Shown here piece by piece: positions 56,013-64,000 of a stretch of 64,000 bases of DNA; position 1 is the stretch's first letter; the number at the start of each line of letters is the position of its first letter. The position numbers and the translations under genes are program-made. This DNA is from Eledone cirrhosa (Eukaryota). The notes beneath the pieces are model-generated. The model was not told where the DNA came from. It ran no database searches and worked only from the letters and a program-made list of their open reading frames with translations. The DNA lies in contig OZ024742.1 in NCBI GenBank assembly GCA_964016885.1, positions 76,322,001-76,386,000 on the forward strand, read 5' to 3'.

Positions 56013-59000
56013 ACAGATAGATAAATTGATAGATATCATTCTAGATATATAAATAGAAAGATAGATATATTTCTTTATTTGCCACACGGGCCCGCAAGAA
56101 AAGGGGACAATACACATGCCAGGGATTTTACATACAGTCGTGTAAAAATATTGAAACAAACTATTATAACAATCGATAGATAGATAGATATTATACAGAA
56201 TCTTCGTTAGCAAAAAAGTGTAAGCATATTTTGTAAATTCATAAGAAATTCAAAATTTCACGAAACACAACACTTCTTTTTATTTGTTTTTCACATATTC
56301 ACAACGTAAAATAGAGAATGTAATGTTTACACTGATTTTCAGTTCATCTTTTCTAATTAAAGATTGCGAAAATTGCTATTCTTGTGTATTCCCAGTAGAT
56401 GTTCAAAAGGCTTCCAGCGCACATGAAAAAGTAAAACTCGTTAAACATATTAATAATAAATTATAATTGCTTTTTCTTTAAAAAAAATGATCAATATAAA
56501 TAACACAAGAAACGAAAATAGTAACATTTTGTGGCTAAGTAATTACACTGCTCATGGCTATATCAACGATAGGAATATTCTATTAGTAGAAGGCATTTTA
56601 ATCAGGTAATACACTTATGTTTCCACAAATTCTGAATGAATTATTTCTTTGAACAGACTGATTTGAACACGTTTACTATAAAGAAATATGATATAGGTAA
56701 AAGTATTATTAGCAACAAAAAAAAAGGACAAAGAGAAATCGACTCAATTTGCATATAAGACTAGAAAATCATTATATAATATACATAACGTAATAATGTG
56801 TTTTAGCGTAGATGTTAAATTTCCGGTAAGTCGAGACACCATATCGGATTACATAATGTGCTGTAGTCATCCGAGATACATTACATTACAAAATTACGTC
56901 AGCATACGAAAGTAGGTTTCAAAGAGGAATGATGGTACTGCATGCAATGAATGGAGTTTCTTATTGTTACGAATGTGGGCATTTGGAAGTGTTGTACTGT
57001 CACATACTTGGTGGATGAGATCTGCCTTCAACTTTCTACCGTATGGCAAATCAACGGCTCGCAGTCTTCCGATATTTTGCTTTATCATTTGGAGAGCGCT
57101 CCTACTTATACAGATTAACCTCAGCCCTACACGGTCATAGAACAGCATTTACTCCCATTGAAAATGAGTTGTTCTACAAGCATTCTTTTTGATCAGAAAC
57201 CTCTTGATTTTCCATACTTCATTTCGTCATTACGCAGACGTTTATTCATAGCACATAGTTTACCTCGTAAATACTTTCGTTATACGTGCTTTATTATCTC
57301 GATTGTTCAGATTTCGTAGGATAACCGAGGGTGGGCTGAGTTGGAATCTTTACCAAAGATATAAATATTGCACGACGCACATTTTATTTCTTGATTCCTG
57401 ACCAGGAATTTTATTAACAAACATATTGATGTCAAATTTGATTGAGAATTAGTATAAGATAATCTATACAAGAGAAATCTGAAGATGCACGAATTCATCT
57501 TACTCTTCATGTCTATTTTTGTCGTTGTTAAAGATCAACTACTCAAGGATTTGCAATGTGTGCTAAGTCTCATTCTGAAATAAACAATATGAATCATATG
57601 AGAGTCGTTTGAAAAGTTGATAGACTGATTATAAAGAAGTGATGCTAAAGATGTAAAATATTGCATGCATTAATTTCAGCTCTTCTTATTAGAAAGTGCA
57701 TTGTTTCCTTTCTGGGCTATGCTGAAAAATATACCAGATTTGGTAATTCCATGAGACTCTATTGGGGAGACTATGAACTTTTCCGCCTATGAATGTTTCA
57801 GCCGACCCTCGCATGGTTAAATTAACCCGCTAACATTATTGAATGTCCTATTCTCTTGTTGTCAAAAGTTGCCCTACTTGAAAAATATAGTGGTTTTTGG
57901 CAATACAAAATATTAATATTATGTTTCACGTAAATTTATTGAAGGTCATTTTCTGTGGTTGATGAAATTTACTATTATATGCTAAATATAATATATTATG
58001 GGAAATGGACAATATTAATATACTGATTGCCGTAAATCCAACAGTATCTCATGTAAACCTCTTGATATTAAAAATTGAAAATGTACCTGAGTGTCAAATT
58101 TATCAATACCTCATTTGATACAAAGTTATTTGTTTTCAAAGAGTTGTTTTAAAATATTACAAATACTAGATTCTTTAATTTACAAAAGTTATTGAAACAA
58201 CGTGTAAAATCCACCTACAACTAACACACATATTCATTAATGTCTTTCATTATTTCCTGATAGAAATTTTGTTTCGTTAAGGGTCAATACTCGAATTTAT
58301 TTGTGTGTATATTAAATTTAATATTTTTAACAAACAACAAGAGCAACAACAGAAACATCATCAATAACAACCCAGAACAACGGTGCAAAAAATTTTTTTC
58401 AGAAGTTAGAATTTATGTTGAAATTAACACGTATCTTTCAAACCAAACTATTGTGTGAGAACATTTTTTATATGTTTGTTAGGAACACAATGTAATGCTT
58501 ATCTCAAATCCTTTGAAAACGTATGGTCGATGACTTGAACATTTTCTTCTGATAATGCATTGCATTCTCTCCTGAAGATTTCCCATTAATGATTAATAAT
58601 AAAGTTGAGAACATGACGTTAATCCAGGAAAGTTAATTCGAAATTAAAGATAAACTTACAGCAGCGATCTCCATAGAAAACTTTGTTTCACAGTATTACT
58701 AGAACATGTCATTAAAGAAAATACCATCTGTATAGCTTTCAGAACAAGTGAACGCCAACCAAAACGGCATATGTTATATTTTAAGTGAAGGTAAATTAAA
58801 AATAATAAATTCAGCTAGAAATGAATTTGACAATGTTGATGATGATAATAATTGCTGTCGTCTGCCTCCAGTGAACGGTTAAAAGTGTTACAGCAGTTAC
58901 CATCTAGTCATGTTTTCATATATATAGAACAGAACATGTTTCTAATATATCTTTGCTTTTTTTTTTAAAGGTTTGTTGTAAGGAGAACTAGCAACATTAT

Positions 59001-59039
59001 TTTGGAAATGGATTTATTGCCTCAGTGTTTAATCTGACT

Positions 59040-59135
59040 CACTGCGCTCTGAGTTCGAATATCATCAAAGTCAACTTTGTGTTTTGACTCTTTGAGGTCA
59101 TTAAATAAAGTACGAGTTAAGTACTGGGGTCAATT
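59040..59135 (+). mobile_element. Decayed SINE fragment
   Basis: ctgagttcgaat..gtcaactttg..gaggtcattaaataaagtac..tactggggtc. Confidence 0.55.
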
Positions 59136-59399
59136 CTTCCTCTACAACTCTTTATCTCTTTCTCTCACTCTCTTTCGCTCTTCTGAAAAAAATCAGCTTT
59201 ATTAAAACCTAGAAATAAGTAGGCTGTACCATATTTAAAATGCCCACGAAATGTTGAGTCAGAAAGCTTCTCTTATGACCCCATCAGGAATTAAGGTCTC
59301 TACTTTACTTTCGTTTTTTAGGTAAGGAAAATTTAGTTGCTTTTTTTCAGCAGTTCAAACAACTGCATGGAGGCTATCTTACTCCCTTGATGGAGATGA

Positions 59400-59740
59400 A
59401 GTTCTTGGAGGTGATAATGATGAGAAGAATAACAACAGTGGAAAACTTGTTGATGATGATGATGATGTTGGAGAGAAAAAACATTTTCAGATTCAGATAG
59501 TGTTATTATTGTGGTTGTGGCGATAATGGAGAGTATGATGATGATGACGAAGAAGAGCATGTTGATGATTAGGATAATAATAAGGATGCAAATGGAGAGC
59601 ATGATGAGGATTTAGATGACGACACTTAATGGCATGATGGGATGATGATAGTGATAATGACGATGGTAAGGAAGGAGAGCATGTTGGTAGTGAAGATGGT
59701 GGTAGCAGTGATGCATATTATGACGATGATAAGGATTAGG
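59400..59740. repeat. Degenerate (GAT)n low-complexity tract
   Basis: Seen directly. Confidence 0.7.
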
Positions 59741-61499
59741 ATACTGGTGAAGGAGACCATAATTTAAAGGAAATGCCTTATATCGATACATTGTATGTTT
59801 CCTTGAAAATGTACACATCCGATATGTAAACATATATTAATTTAAGTAAAAACGAAATATAATACTTCACATCATTTTATCAACTTTTAAGTTCATTTTA
59901 ACTTTAATTCACGAAAAAAATGCATGATTTGCAGATCAATTAATTAGATCAGGATTAATTAATTATCAAATAAATAAAGCTGGTGCACATATTTACAATC
60001 AAAGTATCCCCAGGAAACAGATTTAAGATTTGGGAAATGTATGTACCAATCAATGGTAAATAACATGTGAATATCGAATTGTTTTTTAAAATATATCTAT
60101 ATTCGTCATCCCTTCTCCCCTGTTTAATCATTTGAAATCGTCCGCCCGGAAATGTTTACCCCATCGTTTGTGCCTACTTTTCTCTCTATATATACTTCTT
60201 TCCTTTCTCGTGGTATGTTTTAGACTTCTCCGACACTCCTTTCGCTCATAAATGGTTATATTTTAACCCGACTCTTTGCTATACATAAGAGCAGCTGGCT
60301 GTTTTACAGCTGTTTCTGTGCTTGATATCCATAACATTTTATGAAAAGGTTTTACACATATCGCTCCAATTCATTTCAATCTTGTTTACATACATATATT
60401 GAGTCAATTTGGCTTACTAAGATGAATGGATAACAGTACAAGGAACAAGTAACTTTATACATCTTTGTCTATCTCTCTCTCACTCACCCGTCACCAGATT
60501 ATTACCACCACCGATGCTGTTTCCGCTGCCTTCTTGCCTGATGCTGCTGCTGCTTCCGTCAGAAGAGGAACCGGCGTCTTTGTCGGTCAGCCGCAGCTCG
60601 TTTCAGAGGTGTTTCTACTTCTCCCCTGCTTTATTTTAATCATCTATCTATATATGTCTCAATATCTCACTCCTCCCTTTCCCATACTGATACCACCACT
60701 GCTGCTGCCACTGTTGCTGTATTCTGGTGTACTAATAATGCTGTTTCCGTCAAAATAACAGGCAGCTTCTTTTCGGGTCAGCCGCAATCCAGTTCAGACG
60801 TGTTTCCACTGCTCTCTGTGTTCTGGTGTTTCTCTTTATACCAGCATCATACCAACAGAAATGTTGATTCTGTTGCGTGGGCTAGCCTTAAGTAGCTGAT
60901 TCATCCCACTGCCAGAAATCAGATTGGGATAGAAGGAAGCTAATGAGGTGTTCCCGATGCTACAGTCTTTATTTCTTGTTTACTTTACATTCTTGATACT
61001 TTCTCAATTAATTCTGTAGTTCACAAAATAAAAATAAAATAAAAAGAAAGAAATTGCTCCATGGTTCTCATTCCTGCATTTCCTCTCGTCTCTCACCACA
61101 TACTTTTCTAATTTCTCATCATGTATTTTAAACTTCATTCTGAAGGAATAGTGTTCCGACTCACACAGAGACACATTGGCAATGTGTCTTTTCAATATTC
61201 TTGGATTGATCAATATCCTTTGGGTGAAAATAGAAAGACGATAACTACGTGGAAGCCTACAGTAATAGCTATAATTGTAAGTGTGCTGATTTGTCACGTC
61301 TGTTACTGATTATAATTATATTAACAGTAGACATGTCTGCTATATATTCAACCACATTGCACACTAATGCAATAAGTACGTCGTTCATCTCATCGTCTTC
61401 AAAAATAAAAAAGACATACACATATAGATAGACAGACGCACGCATACACACAATATACACACGCACACTTACACATACACGCACACTCACACGCACTCT

Positions 61500-61550
<51 letters not shown>

Positions 61551-62175
61551 AGATCAAAAGATGGTTAAATGAGTTCCATATATTTTATTATGCGCATTTC
61601 AAAAACAAATATCATCATGCAATAACATTTGTGTTTTCATCAGATAAAATAGGAGGACATGATATGAAGGTTAAAAACACTTGTGGATAGTGCAGTTTTA
61701 AATCAACATATATATATCAACATATATATATATATATATATATATACGTATATATATAAACTTACGAAAATTAACTAAGACAAGACAACAAAATGAAGTA
61801 AAATCAAAACGGAAATAATTTGTAAGGAGAAACCGTAAAAAAATATTTTTCAAAATAAAAATACAAACAAGGGACACAGAACACCATGTTCGGCCGTTGA
61901 AATGGACGTGGGTAGTTTCGACGCCTACCAATGGTACTGCTGGGGCATCCTGGGTCCACCGTCTGTCATAAGCCAAACGGTGAACGCTGGATTGAAAAAC
62001 GAGAGACCAAACATTAATTTATAGCAGTTAAGCTACAAAACACATACCATTTTGTGTAACGTCAGGGAAAAGTCCATTGCCTCATAGCACAAGACATGAA
62101 AGAAACAGAGAAAAAGGGAGAAAAAAGACAGGAAGAATGAAGTAAGATATTGTATTATATATGTCAATATATATA

Positions 62176-62566
62176 TTTGGGTGGCCCTTATTTTTCAAAT
62201 TTCTAATTGTTTAGCTCCCACACGGCCATCTTATTTCAATCAACAAAATACCAATCTATGCAAAACTTTAGCTCAAGCAGACAACTACAAAACGACCCTC
62301 ATGGAACGTGAAATTGTGAAGTTTTCGCCCGGAAAGTCATTTTTTTTTTTTAGATAAAAACTTTTTATCTCTTATATAATTTTCTCTGAAACCAAAAACT
62401 TCAGACATATTCTTGGTATTGAATGGGGAAGGCAACTTGCAAAGGTGGGGCCAGAGCGGGGGTATAGGGCAAACACCTATTTTTCGCAGTGGAAGCAGCA
62501 ACATTTTAACTTTCGGAAAATTATATATTGGTAAGGCCACCATAATATATATAGGTCACCCTAATA
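62176..62566. mobile_element. Possible MITE with short (TA)TTAGGGTGGCC-like TIRs; related end at ~63180-63312
   Basis: ttgggtggccc at 62177, ggtcaccctaata at 62554, ggccaccctta at 63300; shared gcagcaa..ttaactttc.gaaaa subterminal sequence. Confidence 0.35.
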
Positions 62567-62605
62567 TACTTATGTGCTTGACAGCTGAGAGAAATGAGTA
62601 CTATA

Positions 62606-62642
<37 letters not shown>

Positions 62643-63495
62643 TCTCCTTACTATCCTTGCATTCATATTTCTCCTTGCTCCACTTTTAGCATTGTATTTG
62701 TATATAAACAAGTACATAGATACAAGGAGAAAGGTAGAGTAATGAGAAAAGAAGAGCAACGAGAAAAGGAGAGCAATGAGAGCAATGGGAAAGGGAGAGC
62801 AATGAGAAGAGGAGAAAACCGTAAAACATACCCAACTCTTATGCAAATGTAATGTTCAATATTCAGTGTTCAGTGTTCACATAATGTTTTTGATTCTATG
62901 GAAATTATTGTTGTAAATAAAAATGGGTTTCCTTATAGAAGTTGTGTGCGTTATTAAATAAAACCTAATAATTCTTAAAGTTTTTCATGTTATTTCAGGA
63001 ATTTTTCAAATTAACTATACGTAAACTTGATTCAGAACGTTTCTAAACATTTTCTGGTGTTGCGTGGATGTGTCCACATACATTTCTCTAAGAAGAAGAG
63101 ATAGGGAACATTATACCGCTTTTGAACAGAATTAATTGTTGCGTATACTAGGTTCCAACCTCATGGGGGTTTGATGGTCATCCAAACAATTGTCCAATTG
63201 AGCTGAAATTTTGCACACCCCGTCTGTTTGTCGATTGGAACAGGATTAGTGGATGGGGGCAGCAAAATGTTAACTTTCAGAAAATTTCCAATTGCTAGTG
63301 GCCACCCTTATATATATAACCCTTATATATATATATATATATATACATATTGATATACGTATTGAAATACATATTCCGCTAGCGCTTCGCTGACATATAA
63401 TATAAAAGCAGGTGATAACACGTGACATCATAGGAGGTGGTCGTCAAATAGCTAACTCTTGGTAGGAAAGGATTTTGTTGCCGTCATAACCACGG

Positions 63496-63646
<151 letters not shown>

Positions 63647-64000
63647 AAATGTAAACAGAAATACATATATACTCATATTAGGGTATGATTCTGATTTGAG
63701 ATGGACATATTTTGAAATCACAATGAAAACATCCGGAACGAGATATGCAACCGATTATCCATGTGACGTTACCAGCAATTCAACATGTGAAGGTATGTGT
63801 GGATTTGAGTGATATATAGATTCTCGTTTCAATAATTACACACTATATCAGGTATCATATTGAATCAACAGGATATAAGTTTCGCCTTAAATATATGTTT
63901 GTGTGTACTTGGCTGTCTATATATCCATTCAAATCGTTTCACTCTCAATGTTTTCATTATCTCTGTCTTTATATGTACTTTCATATAGTTCTACATAGAT

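Noticed and set aside
56894-57575. Possible host exons on the - strand (tttcag acceptor at ~57575, gt donors at ~57263 and ~56897)
   Set aside because: Stops in the frames checked and no recognisable protein similarity. Could be UTR or lncRNA but cannot be supported without RNA data.
60515-60810. Diverged ~220-bp-spaced duplication (ggtcagccgca..tcaga.gtgtttc.act)
   Set aside because: Only two degenerate copies with no motif or ORF; likely an old repeat remnant.

Overview
AT-rich eukaryotic, apparently intergenic or intronic DNA with no credible host protein-coding gene. The tRNA-derived SINEs, RTE-type tail and long (TA)n tracts resemble octopus/cephalopod repeats (inference from memory, not a search). 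Most listed ORFs are microsatellite artefacts (IY/YI repeats). The window is a dense field of mobile elements: several Penelope-like retroelements (PLEs; RT plus C-terminal GIY-YIG, Naiad-like motifs) with inverted terminal duplications, CR1-group LINE pieces, HERO-like and R4/Dong-like RLE LINE relics, an internally deleted mariner, a Helitron-like MITE and about ten SINEs. The main signal is RNA-level. Reading both strands gives about 25 whole, truncated or decayed type I hammerhead ribozyme (HHR) motifs from more than 10 sequence families, almost all about 20-150 nt from a (TA)n tract. They include two distantly related non-coding ~560-bp tandem-plus-inverted retrozyme-like elements that share colinear boxes (including a CAAT/E-box) and show a compensatory C3-G8 versus U3-A8 core swap. 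Also present are a ~430-bp minimal-HHR tandem family, a PLE family with a conserved CAGAAGA (U4A) core, HHRs with ~100-nt stem II insertions, and a SINE inserted into an HHR core whose target-site duplication rebuilds the ribozyme. All folds were derived by eye and no activity is shown.
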